Positions 35,344 through 42,704 of a stretch of 64,000 bases of DNA are shown here, in pieces (positions within the stretch are counted from its first letter, which is position 1; every line of letters begins with the position of its first letter). The notes under the pieces were generated by a model. That model made no database searches and was not told the DNA's origin. It saw nothing but the letters and a program-made list of their open reading frames with translations. A program made the position numbers and the translations under genes. Origin of the DNA: Microbacteriaceae bacterium (GTDB taxonomy: Bacteria > Actinomycetota > Actinomycetes > Actinomycetales > Microbacteriaceae); contig JAHBTA010000008.1 of NCBI GenBank assembly GCA_019638805.1, forward strand, positions 6,835 to 70,834, read 5' to 3'.

Positions 35344-35786
35344 TCGTCACCCCGGACGACGAGCGTGGAGGTAGAGGTGACCACGTGCGCTCCCGACGGA
35401 TCGGTGATCTCGGTGGCGGAGGTCACCATGGCGTTGCCCGCGAGCACCTTCACGCTCGTGACCGTCATGCGCGCGACGAGCTCGTCGCCGGCCACGATCG
35501 CACGGCTGTAGGTGAAGCGCTGATCGCCGTGCACGACACGGCTGAAGTCGACGCCCGCGTCGCCGTCGGCGAGCAGCTGCTGCAGCGTCGCGTCGGTCAG
35601 CACGATGGGGAAGGTCGGCGGGGCGACCACGTCGGAGTAGCCGGCGGCTCGCGCGGCATCGGGGTCGTGGTGGAGCGGACTCGTGGCGAGCACGGCGCGT
35701 GCGAACTCGCGCACCTTCTCGCGGCCCACCAGGTAGGGAGCGGTCGCGGGGTAGCTGCGACCCTGGAGCTCGGGGTTCACGGGCAC
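35340..35786 (-). CDS. MaoC-like dehydratase N-terminal-domain protein (HadA/HadC-like non-catalytic subunit)
   Basis: The protein reads MPVNPELQGRSYPATAPYLVGREKVREFARAV...VVAPPTFPIVL...VHGDQRFTY.... It lacks the catalytic motif. The start codon is GTG. Confidence 0.8.
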   Translation of the reverse strand: MPVNPELQGRSYPATAPYLVGREKVREFARAVLATSPLHHDPDAARAAGYSDVVAPPTFPIVLTDATLQQLLADGDAGVDFSRVVHGDQRFTYSRAIVAGDELVARMTVTSVKVLAGNAMVTSATEITDPSGAHVVTSTSTLVVRGDE

Positions 35787-35844
35787 GGTCCGAGCCTACT
35801 TCTGTGCCGCGGGCGCGGGGCGCTCTCGCACCCGGCCCGGACGA

Positions 35845-35884
35845 CGAGAGCCCCGGTCGACCGTCGTGGTCGCCGGGGCTCTCG
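35845..35884 (-). terminator. 12-bp-stem hairpin 15 nt downstream of the micro-ORF stop
   Basis: CGAGAGCCCCGG (35845-35856)/CCGGGGCTCTCG (35873-35884) form the stem, with a 16-nt loop. Confidence 0.5.
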
Positions 35885-35899
35885 GCACGCTGTGTGCGT

Positions 35900-35980
35900 C
35901 TACTGGCAGCTCTCGCACTGCAGGTCGTCCATCGGGTCGACCGGCACCGAGTAACCGCCGACGCTGTCGGTGTCGTTCAT
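35900..35980 (-). CDS. Unannotated 26-codon ORF: MNDTDSVGGYSVPVDPMDDLQCESCQ (hypothetical microprotein or leader peptide)
   Basis: It is below the track's size cut-off. The ATG at 35980 follows AGGAAAGGGGG, which ends 4 nt upstream. The stop is TAG at 35902-35900. Of the 25 codons after the ATG, 24 end in G/C. It has its own promoter-like boxes and a terminator hairpin. Confidence 0.45.
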   Translation of the reverse strand: MNDTDSVGGYSVPVDPMDDLQCESCQ

Positions 35981-36055
35981 GGCGCCCCCTTTCCTACGTC
36001 TCGAAGCTCTTCTGAAAGTCTCAACCAGAGGTTTAGCCTTCTGGCGTGGTCCTTC

Positions 36056-36085
36056 ACTATATAACGGGAATCACACGGATGTCAT
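36056..36085 (-). promoter_or_regulatory. Sigma-70-like promoter upstream of the micro-ORF: -35 ATGACA, 18-nt spacer, -10 TATAGT
   Basis: On the minus strand, ATGACA is at 36085-36080 and TATAGT is at 36061-36056. The boxes lie in a locally AT-richer patch (61 of 120 nt G+C in 36001-36120 by my count). Confidence 0.4.
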
Positions 36086-36159
36086 TCCACAAGATGTTGT
36101 GTCTCGGCGTGTCGCGGGACTTTCTTCGATCCTGCCGCGCACCACCGACATCCGGGTCG

Positions 36160-36240
36160 CGAAAACTGAGGAGAGTAGGCCGCGAGGCTGCGTGAGCGCA
36201 TCGTTCGGCGGGCGAATCGCGCGAAAGTCCTCAGTTTTCG
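36160..36240. repeat. Perfect 13-bp inverted repeat CGAAAACTGAGGA / TCCTCAGTTTTCG separated by 55 nt
   Basis: The arms are at 36160-36172 and 36228-36240. The repeat lies 30 nt downstream of the DUF1801 gene stop (minus-strand sense). Confidence 0.9.
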
Positions 36241-36270
36241 GAGGCCGGCCACGCGGGCACGGGGCGCGCG

Positions 36271-36627
36271 TTACTCGGAGGCGGGCAGCGAGACCAGGAA
36301 GGCGATGAGGCGCTCGACGAGCTCCCAGTCGACCGGCTTCTTGAAGGGGAACTTCACGGTCTCCTTGTCGCTGCGGTACTCCTCGAGGTCCCGCTCGAGG
36401 GCACTGGGCGCCTTCGGCACCGGATAGACGCCGACGTGCTTCTTCCAGGCGGCGAAGTAGATGGTGTGACGCCCCTCGATGACCATCGCGGGCATCCCGT
36501 ACTTGATCTGCTCGACCACCAGCGGAGCCGCCTGATGGATGAGGGCCCGGATGCGCTCCAGCCCCGCGCGTGCCTCGACCGGGAACGACGCGATGTACTC
36601 GTCGACGGATGCGGGGGTGACGGCCAC
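36271..36627 (-). CDS. DUF1801 (YdhG-like) domain protein
   Basis: The start is GTG 36627. The protein reads VAVTPASVDEYIASFPVEARAGLERIRALIHQAAPLVVEQIKYGMPAMVIEGRHTIYFAAWKKHVGVYP.... The rest of track ORF 36271..37344 is antisense to the GntR gene. Confidence 0.7.
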   Translation of the reverse strand: MAVTPASVDEYIASFPVEARAGLERIRALIHQAAPLVVEQIKYGMPAMVIEGRHTIYFAAWKKHVGVYPVPKAPSALERDLEEYRSDKETVKFPFKKPVDWELVERLIAFLVSLPASE

Positions 36628-36668
36628 CCGACCGATGGTAGCCCGACTCCGCAAACCGGGTGCGACGT

Positions 36669-36674
36669 TATACT
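36669..36674 (+). promoter_or_regulatory. Candidate -10 box TATACT placed for a leaderless GntR transcript
   Basis: The TANNNT hexamer ends 6 nt before GTG 36680 and there is no SD. Confidence 0.35.
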
Positions 36675-36679
36675 TCGCT

Positions 36680-37480
36680 GTGCCCATCACCGACGCCGCC
36701 GAGTACCTCGCGCAGCCCCTGCTCACCTCGCCAGGCCAGCCGCTGCGCGTGGCGGTGTACTCCCGCATCTCGCGCGGCATCCGCACCGGCATCCTGCCCG
36801 GCGGCGCCATGCTGCCGCGCGAGACCGAGCTGTGCGTGTCGCTCGGTGTGAGCCGGACGGTGGTGCGCGAGGCGCTCATGCTGCTCGAGGAGGACGGCCT
36901 CATCGTCACCCGGCGCGGCGTCGGGCGCTTCGTCGCCGAATCGCTGCCCACCGAGGGACTGGACGACTTCCGGTCGTTCGAGAGCATGTTCGAGCCCGGC
37001 TCCGAGCGGCTCGACGTGCGGGTGCTCGAGTTCAGCAGGCAGACCACAACCGACTTCGTGACCGACCTGCTCGGACTCGAGCCCACCGACGAGTTCTGGT
37101 TCCGCGAGTCCGTCATCATCCGCGACGGGCGGCCCGCCGCACTCGTGCAGGAGTACCTGCCGGTCGAGCGCCTCCTGCGTCCGATCAGCGAGCCGGTCGC
37201 CCGCGAGCTCGCCGACGCGGCGCGCGAGGACGCGACCCTCCTGCGGGCGCTCATCGGGCGCGTCGGGCCGGTGTTCACGGCGGGCGTGTGCCGCATCGCG
37301 GCGAGCCTGGCCGGTCCGACCCGGGCGGCCCACCTCGACATCAAGCCCGGCGACCCGCTACTCGTGTTGACCCAGAGCGCCCAGATCGGCGGCGCGCCCG
37401 CCTACATCTCCAAGGCGGCCATCCCGCCGGCATTCGCGCACCTGAGCGTCACGCAGTGGACCCTCGCGTCCGGCGCCTGA
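36680..37480 (+). CDS. GntR family transcriptional regulator (UTRA-type effector domain likely)
   Basis: The start is GTG 36680. The HTH reads ...VAVYSRISRGIRTGILPGGAMLPRETELCVSLGVSRTVVREALMLLEEDGLIVTRRGVGRFV.... Confidence 0.85.
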   Translation: MPITDAAEYLAQPLLTSPGQPLRVAVYSRISRGIRTGILPGGAMLPRETELCVSLGVSRTVVREALMLLEEDGLIVTRRGVGRFVAESLPTEGLDDFRSFESMFEPGSERLDVRVLEFSRQTTTDFVTDLLGLEPTDEFWFRESVIIRDGRPAALVQEYLPVERLLRPISEPVARELADAAREDATLLRALIGRVGPVFTAGVCRIAASLAGPTRAAHLDIKPGDPLLVLTQSAQIGGAPAYISKAAIPPAFAHLSVTQWTLASGA

Positions 37481-38732
37481 CCAGCAGATTCGCCGCACCG
37501 AGCAGGGTGAGGGCGACCGCCAGCGCAACCGTCAGCCAGAACCCGGCGGCCGAACCCCGCGCGTCGGCCAGCGCGCCCGCGGCCGCGGTCACCAGGGCCT
37601 GACCCACCACGAGAGTGCTCTGCAGCGCGGTCAGCACGGTCGTCGAGCGCCCCTCCGGAGCCTCGGCGGCCCCCATACTGAAGAGCGTCACGAGCACCGC
37701 ACCTACCCCGCACCCGCTGAGCACGAGCCCCGCGATCACGCCCGGCAGCGTGCCGGTGAGCGCCAGCGTCAGGCAACCGGTGACCGCCAGGATGCCGAGC
37801 ACCGGCCAGCGCACGGACAGCACGACCCGCGCGGGAACCGCCGCGATCAGGACGGCGACCACGATCGCCCCCAGGCTCATCGCGCCGTAGACGATCCCGG
37901 CCTGCTCGACGGCACCCCGCTCGCGCATGAACGCCGTCACGGCGGTGAGGGTCGACCCGAAGACCCCGCCCACGAGCAGCATGGCCGCGACCAGCACCAG
38001 GATCCGCGGTGCGCGCAGGACGGCGACGAGGCCGGCCGTCGCGGGCCGATGCGTGCCGGACCGCGCCGGGGCGGCATCCCCAACCGGGGCGCGCAGCGCG
38101 AAGGCGACCACCACGGTCGCGGTGAGCGCCATCGAGGCCGCGAGCGGTGCCGCCGGGTGCACGAACGCGGTGAGCGCACCGACCAGCACGGGCCCGAGCA
38201 CGAACGACGCCTCGTCGGCGATCGACTCGTAACTCATGACGTACGAGATCGCCCGCGCGCGGCGGCCGCCCTCCCGCGCGAGCGAGGCGAAGCCCACGAG
38301 TCGCGAGCGTGAGAACGGCGCGACCTGCGGGGTGGTCCCGCCGAGCACCGCCGCGAGTGGAACGAGCAGGCCGGTCGGTGCGGACGCCGCGACCGCGGCC
38401 AGCAGCCCGCCGGCCGCCAGGATGCTCACGGCGCTCACCACGAGAAGCACCCGTCGCTGCCCGTACCGGTCGGCGAGCGAACCGATTCCCGGACCGCACG
38501 CCGCCGTACCGATTCCGGCCACCGCGGCGACGAGCCCGGCCTCGGCGACCGACCCGCGCACCGTCGCGACGATGGTCAGGACCCCCACGATCATCATCGC
38601 GAAGGGCAGCCGTCCGGCGAATGCGACCGGGAAGTAGCCCCAGCCGGTCAGCCGCCCGAAGGCGGCGATGTCGGCGCGCAGTGAGGGGCGGCCACCCGCT
38701 CCCAGGTCGGAGACGGATCGCCGCCCACTCAT
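37449..38732 (-). CDS. MFS transporter
   Basis: 427 aa with about 12 hydrophobic helices. It carries the MFS loop motif ...GSLADRYGQRRVLLV.... Its 3' end overlaps the convergent GntR gene by 32 nt. Confidence 0.85.
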   Translation of the reverse strand: MSGRRSVSDLGAGGRPSLRADIAAFGRLTGWGYFPVAFAGRLPFAMMIVGVLTIVATVRGSVAEAGLVAAVAGIGTAACGPGIGSLADRYGQRRVLLVVSAVSILAAGGLLAAVAASAPTGLLVPLAAVLGGTTPQVAPFSRSRLVGFASLAREGGRRARAISYVMSYESIADEASFVLGPVLVGALTAFVHPAAPLAASMALTATVVVAFALRAPVGDAAPARSGTHRPATAGLVAVLRAPRILVLVAAMLLVGGVFGSTLTAVTAFMRERGAVEQAGIVYGAMSLGAIVVAVLIAAVPARVVLSVRWPVLGILAVTGCLTLALTGTLPGVIAGLVLSGCGVGAVLVTLFSMGAAEAPEGRSTTVLTALQSTLVVGQALVTAAAGALADARGSAAGFWLTVALAVALTLLGAANLLVRRRTRGSTA

Positions 38733-38742
38733 GCTGCTGCGC

Positions 38743-39834
38743 TCAGGCCTTCGGCGACGACGGCGAGTCGACCGCGAAGTCGCCCGAGATGATGTCGGCC
38801 TGCAGCTGCTCGACCTCGTCGAGCAGCGCGGGGTCGAGCTTGGACTCCCAATCGTGGGTCGGGGCGATCCCGACCCCGCCGTTGGCGAGCGTTCCGATGT
38901 ACGGGGCGTTGTCGAACTCGCCGTCGGCCGCGGCCAGCGTGACCTCCTTGGCGGCGGTCGTCAGGTTCTTCATGACCGACGTCAGGTAGTACCGACTGTT
39001 CTCCGGCGCGACGTTGTAGACGTCGGAGTTGACGCCGATGATGGCCTCCTCGCCGCCGCGGTCCTTGATGGCCTCGACGCTGGCGTTGAAGAGGGTCCCG
39101 GCAACCGGCATGATCACATCGGCGTGCTGGTCCAGCAGCGCCTGGGTCACCGTCTTGGCCGCCACCTGGTCGTCGAAGCTGCCGACGAAGGTGCCGTTCT
39201 GGGCCGCCTTGTCCCAGCCGATGACCTGCACGTCGGTGCCGTGCACCTCGTTGTAGTACGCGACGCCGTCCGCGTAGCCGTCCATGAAGATCGTGACCGA
39301 CGGGAACGGCATGCCGCCGTAGGTGCCGACCACGCCGGTCTTCGAGGCGCCCGCGGCGAGGTAGCCGGCGAGCACGGCGGCCTGCGCGGTGTCGAACAGC
39401 ACGGGCTTGACGTTGTCGAGCTCGATGGTGGCGAAGTTGTCGTCGGTCACCACGGAGTCGATGAGCGCGAAGTTCACGTCCGTGTTGTCCTGGGCGGCGT
39501 CGCGCGTGGCGTTGGCCAGGGCGAAACCGACCGTGACGATGAGGTCGCAGTCCTCCTCGATCAGGCTGCCGATGTTGCTCGCGTACTGATCCTCGGACGC
39601 GGACTCGACGGCCTTCGGCTCGACCCCGAGCTCGTCGGAGGCCTCCTTGACGCCGTTGTAGGTCAGCTCGTTGAAGTCCTTGTCGTCGAAGCCGGTGAGG
39701 TCGGACACGGCGCAGGGCAGGAAGTCGACGGCCTCGCCGTCGCCGTCCCCGTCGGCGGGTGGTGCCCCGCAGGCGCTGAGGGCGGCCGCGGTGAGCGCGG
39801 CGATCCCGATGAGTGCGGTGATGCGTCGTTGCAT
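38743..39834 (-). CDS. BMP family (PnrA-like) nucleoside-binding lipoprotein
   Basis: The start is ATG 39834. The protein begins MQRRITALIGIAALTAAALSACGAPP (lipobox SAC). Later segments are ...FNELTYNGVKEASDELG...DLIVTVGFAL...GVVGTYGGMPFPSV.... Confidence 0.88.
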   Translation of the reverse strand: MQRRITALIGIAALTAAALSACGAPPADGDGDGEAVDFLPCAVSDLTGFDDKDFNELTYNGVKEASDELGVEPKAVESASEDQYASNIGSLIEEDCDLIVTVGFALANATRDAAQDNTDVNFALIDSVVTDDNFATIELDNVKPVLFDTAQAAVLAGYLAAGASKTGVVGTYGGMPFPSVTIFMDGYADGVAYYNEVHGTDVQVIGWDKAAQNGTFVGSFDDQVAAKTVTQALLDQHADVIMPVAGTLFNASVEAIKDRGGEEAIIGVNSDVYNVAPENSRYYLTSVMKNLTTAAKEVTLAAADGEFDNAPYIGTLANGGVGIAPTHDWESKLDPALLDEVEQLQADIISGDFAVDSPSSPKA

Positions 39835-39857
39835 GGGTTCTCTCCTGGGTGTGTGGG

Positions 39858-40823
39858 TTACAAGGTGGAGTGCAGAGCCTCGCGCTGAGCGGGCTCGAGG
39901 AAGGCGGCCTCCAGGGACGCCGCGTCGAGGGCCGCGAGGTCGGCCGCCGACCAGCCGAGGCGCTCGACGAGCACCTCGCGCTCGGCGGCGAGATCCGACC
40001 CGGTCTGCATCGGGTTGTCGTCCCCGAGCACGACGCGGATGCCGGCCTCGCGGAAGACCGGCGCCGGGTGGTCCGCGATGTCGCGGATGGCGCCGGTGAA
40101 CCAGTTCGAGGTCGGGCACACCTCGATCACGACGCCGCGCTCGGCGCACCAGCGCAGCACCTCCGGGTCGTCGGCGACGTGGGCGCCGTGCCCGATCCGG
40201 GTCGCCCCGAGCAGCTCCACGGCGTCGCGGGCGGCGGATGCCGGGGCCGCCTCGGCCGCGTGGCAGGTGATACCCAGCCCCGCGGCCCGCGCCACCGCGA
40301 AGGCGTCGGCGTGCGGCTCGAGCTCCGGGAAGAGCAGCTCGTCCCCCGCGAGGTCGAACCCGACGACGCCGGCACCGGCCGCGGCGGCCGCGGCCCTCGC
40401 CACGGCGAGGTTGGCTTCGGGCGCGTGGTGGCGCAACGCGGCGACGACCGCGCCGCTGGGGACGCCGGACTCGGCGGACCCGGCGCGCATGCCCTCGGCG
40501 ACGGCGGCGATGACCTGCTCAAGACCGCGGCCGGTGTCGGTGTGGGTGGCCGGGCCGAAGCGCAACTCGAGGTAATCGAGGCCGGCGGCCGCCGCATCCA
40601 GCACCGCCTCGCGCGCGATGCGCTCGAGTGCCGCCGACGAGCGGAACAGCGGATAGGTGGAGGCGACCTTCTGCAGGTAGACCGTGAGGTCGGCGGGGCC
40701 GTCGAGCCGGATCGCCCGCTCCCAGCCGCCCTCGGGCTCGGGCACGCCGAGCTCACGGGCCAACTCGGCCGCCGTCGACGGGCGGACGCGCCCCTCGAGG
40801 TGGCTGTGCAGGTCGATGAGCAT
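39858..40823 (-). CDS. add: Adenosine deaminase
   Basis: The protein reads MLIDLHSHLEGRVRP...ITCHAAE...RIGHGAHV...IEVCPTSNW...VLGDDNP.... Confidence 0.9.
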   Translation of the reverse strand: MLIDLHSHLEGRVRPSTAAELARELGVPEPEGGWERAIRLDGPADLTVYLQKVASTYPLFRSSAALERIAREAVLDAAAAGLDYLELRFGPATHTDTGRGLEQVIAAVAEGMRAGSAESGVPSGAVVAALRHHAPEANLAVARAAAAAAGAGVVGFDLAGDELLFPELEPHADAFAVARAAGLGITCHAAEAAPASAARDAVELLGATRIGHGAHVADDPEVLRWCAERGVVIEVCPTSNWFTGAIRDIADHPAPVFREAGIRVVLGDDNPMQTGSDLAAEREVLVERLGWSAADLAALDAASLEAAFLEPAQREALHSTL

Positions 40824-40826
40824 GGG

Positions 40827-41594
40827 TCAGAGCTCCAGGCGCACCGCGGTCTCGAGGGCGGCCTCGATGCTGAGCATCCAGCCGGACTTGAGTTTCTCCT
40901 TGATGCCGGAGTAGAGGCTCGCGCCGTCGATGAGGTTGCTCGAGGTGGAGCAGATCATGCCGGCGCGCACCCCGCGCAGACGGGCCACGACGTACAGCGC
41001 CGAGCTCTCCATCTCGACGTTGAGCACGCCCAGGCCGTTGAGCTCGGCGATCCACTCGGGCGTCTCGGCGTAGAAGGCGTCGTCGCTGGCGTTGATGCCG
41101 GTGTGGACGGCGGTGCCGGTGCCTGCGGTCAGGTCGCGGGCGGTCTCGGCGAGGGTCAGCGCGATCTGCAGGTCGGGCACGGCGGGGAACCCGTGGTGCG
41201 CGTACGCGGCGGTGGTGCCGTCGTTGCGCAGGGCGCCCTCGCTGACGAGCAGGTCGCCGGGGTTCACGCCCGCCTGCAGGCCGGCCGACGAGCCGACCCG
41301 GATGAAGCTCGTGACACCGACCCGGATGAGTTCTTCGACCGCGATGGCCGTGGACGGGCAGCCCATGCCGGTCGAGGTGGCGGTGATGTGACGGCCCTTG
41401 TAGTAGCCGGTCATGGTCATGTGCTCGCGGTTGTGCGCGACCGTCTTGACGTCGGTGAGGAACTCGGCGACAAGCGGAACGCGGAACGGGTCGCCCGGCA
41501 GCAGCGCGACGCTCGACACCTCGCCGGGGGCGATACCGATGTGGTACTGGCGCTCGGTCAGCCCTATGGCGTTCTTGTCGACGGTGGTGCTCAA
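40827..41594 (-). CDS. Nucleoside phosphorylase (PNP/UDP_1 family; uridine or purine nucleoside phosphorylase)
   Basis: The start is TTG 41594, with GAGGAG 5 nt upstream. The protein reads (M)STTVDKNAIGLTERQYHIGIAPGEVSSVALLPGDPFRV...TSTGMGCPSTAIAVEELIRVGVTSFIRVGSS.... Confidence 0.85.
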   Translation of the reverse strand: MSTTVDKNAIGLTERQYHIGIAPGEVSSVALLPGDPFRVPLVAEFLTDVKTVAHNREHMTMTGYYKGRHITATSTGMGCPSTAIAVEELIRVGVTSFIRVGSSAGLQAGVNPGDLLVSEGALRNDGTTAAYAHHGFPAVPDLQIALTLAETARDLTAGTGTAVHTGINASDDAFYAETPEWIAELNGLGVLNVEMESSALYVVARLRGVRAGMICSTSSNLIDGASLYSGIKEKLKSGWMLSIEAALETAVRLEL

Positions 41595-41676
41595 CGGTGC
41601 TCCTCGGCTCTGAGTGGACTCGTATGATGTTATACCTCTTGACGGCAAGCGCAAGACGACATCCCCGCTGCCGCGG

Positions 41677-42684
41677 CTACACGAGCGAGCGCAGCAGCGG
41701 CGCGAGGTCACGCTCGAAGAGCTCGAGGAAGCGGCGCTGGTCCTGCCCGGGCGAGTGGAACACGAGATGGTTCAGCCCGGCGTCGATGTACTGCCGGATG
41801 CCCTCGACCACGAGATCGGGGTCCGACCCCACGATCCAGCGGGACGCGATCTGCTCGATGGGCAGCGCATCCGCCGCCTTCTCCATCTCGATCGGGTCGG
41901 TGATGTCGTGCTTCTGCTCCTTGGAGAGCGCCAGCGGTGCCCAGAAGCGCGTGTTCTCCAGCGCAGCCTCCGGGTCGGTGTCGTAGGACAGCTTGATCTC
42001 GATCATCCGGTCGACGTCCTCGAACGACCTCTCGGCCTGCGCGGCGCCCTCCTTCACCGCCGGGATGAGCTCGTCGGTGTAGAGCGTCATGCCCTTCCCC
42101 GAGGTGCAGATGAAGCCATCGCCCGCGCGCCCCGCGTACCGTGCGACGACCGGGCCCCCGGCGGCGACGTACACCGGGATCGGCGTCTCCGGCCGGTCGT
42201 AGATCGACGCGTCGACCGTCGAGTAGTACTCCCCCTCGAAGCTCACCCGGTCGCCGGTCCACAACGCCCGCATCAGGTCGACCGACTCGCGCAGCCGCGC
42301 GAAGCGCTCCTTGAACTCCGGCCAGTCGCCGCGCCACCCGGTCGCGATCTCGTTGAGCGCCTCGCCCGAGCCCACGCCCAGCATGATCCGCCCCGGGTAC
42401 AGGCACCCCATGGTCGCGAACGCCTGCGCCAGCACCGCCGGGTTGTAGCGGAAGGTCGGCGTCATGACGCTCGTCCCGATCATGATCGACGAGGTGCGCT
42501 CGCCGACGGCCGCCATCCACGACAGCGAGAACGGCGCGTGCCCGCCCTCGTGCCGCCACGGCTGGAAGTGGTCGCTGACGGTGACCGACTCCATGCCGTG
42601 CGCCTCCGCGGCCACCGCGATCTCGACCAGCTCACGCGGATCGAACTGCTCGGCGGACGCCTTGAAACCCAAACGCAGACTCAC
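41677..42684 (-). CDS. fgd: F420-dependent glucose-6-phosphate dehydrogenase (LLM class)
   Basis: The protein reads (M)[63 protein letters not shown].... This is a very close match to my memory of Fgd1. Confidence 0.88.
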   Translation of the reverse strand: MSLRLGFKASAEQFDPRELVEIAVAAEAHGMESVTVSDHFQPWRHEGGHAPFSLSWMAAVGERTSSIMIGTSVMTPTFRYNPAVLAQAFATMGCLYPGRIMLGVGSGEALNEIATGWRGDWPEFKERFARLRESVDLMRALWTGDRVSFEGEYYSTVDASIYDRPETPIPVYVAAGGPVVARYAGRAGDGFICTSGKGMTLYTDELIPAVKEGAAQAERSFEDVDRMIEIKLSYDTDPEAALENTRFWAPLALSKEQKHDITDPIEMEKAADALPIEQIASRWIVGSDPDLVVEGIRQYIDAGLNHLVFHSPGQDQRRFLELFERDLAPLLRSLV

Positions 42685-42704
42685 GTCGTGAGCCTACCCG
42701 CGCG

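Noticed and set aside
36160-36240. Calling the 13-bp inverted repeat pair an insertion sequence or MITE
   Set aside because: There is no transposase and no visible target-site duplication, and only one copy occurs in the window. It is kept as a plain repeat with open interpretation.
35787-36270. Search for rpmG (L33) or an rpmG pseudogene in the hadA-upstream gap
   Set aside because: No frame on either strand gives the Lys/Arg-rich CxxC...CxxC L33 pattern. Only the acidic 26-aa ORF is credible.
41595-41676. Promoter for the nucleoside operon (TATAAC, TTGCCG boxes)
   Set aside because: The spacing between candidate -35 and -10 hexamers is wrong (8 or 14 nt), so no confident call is possible.
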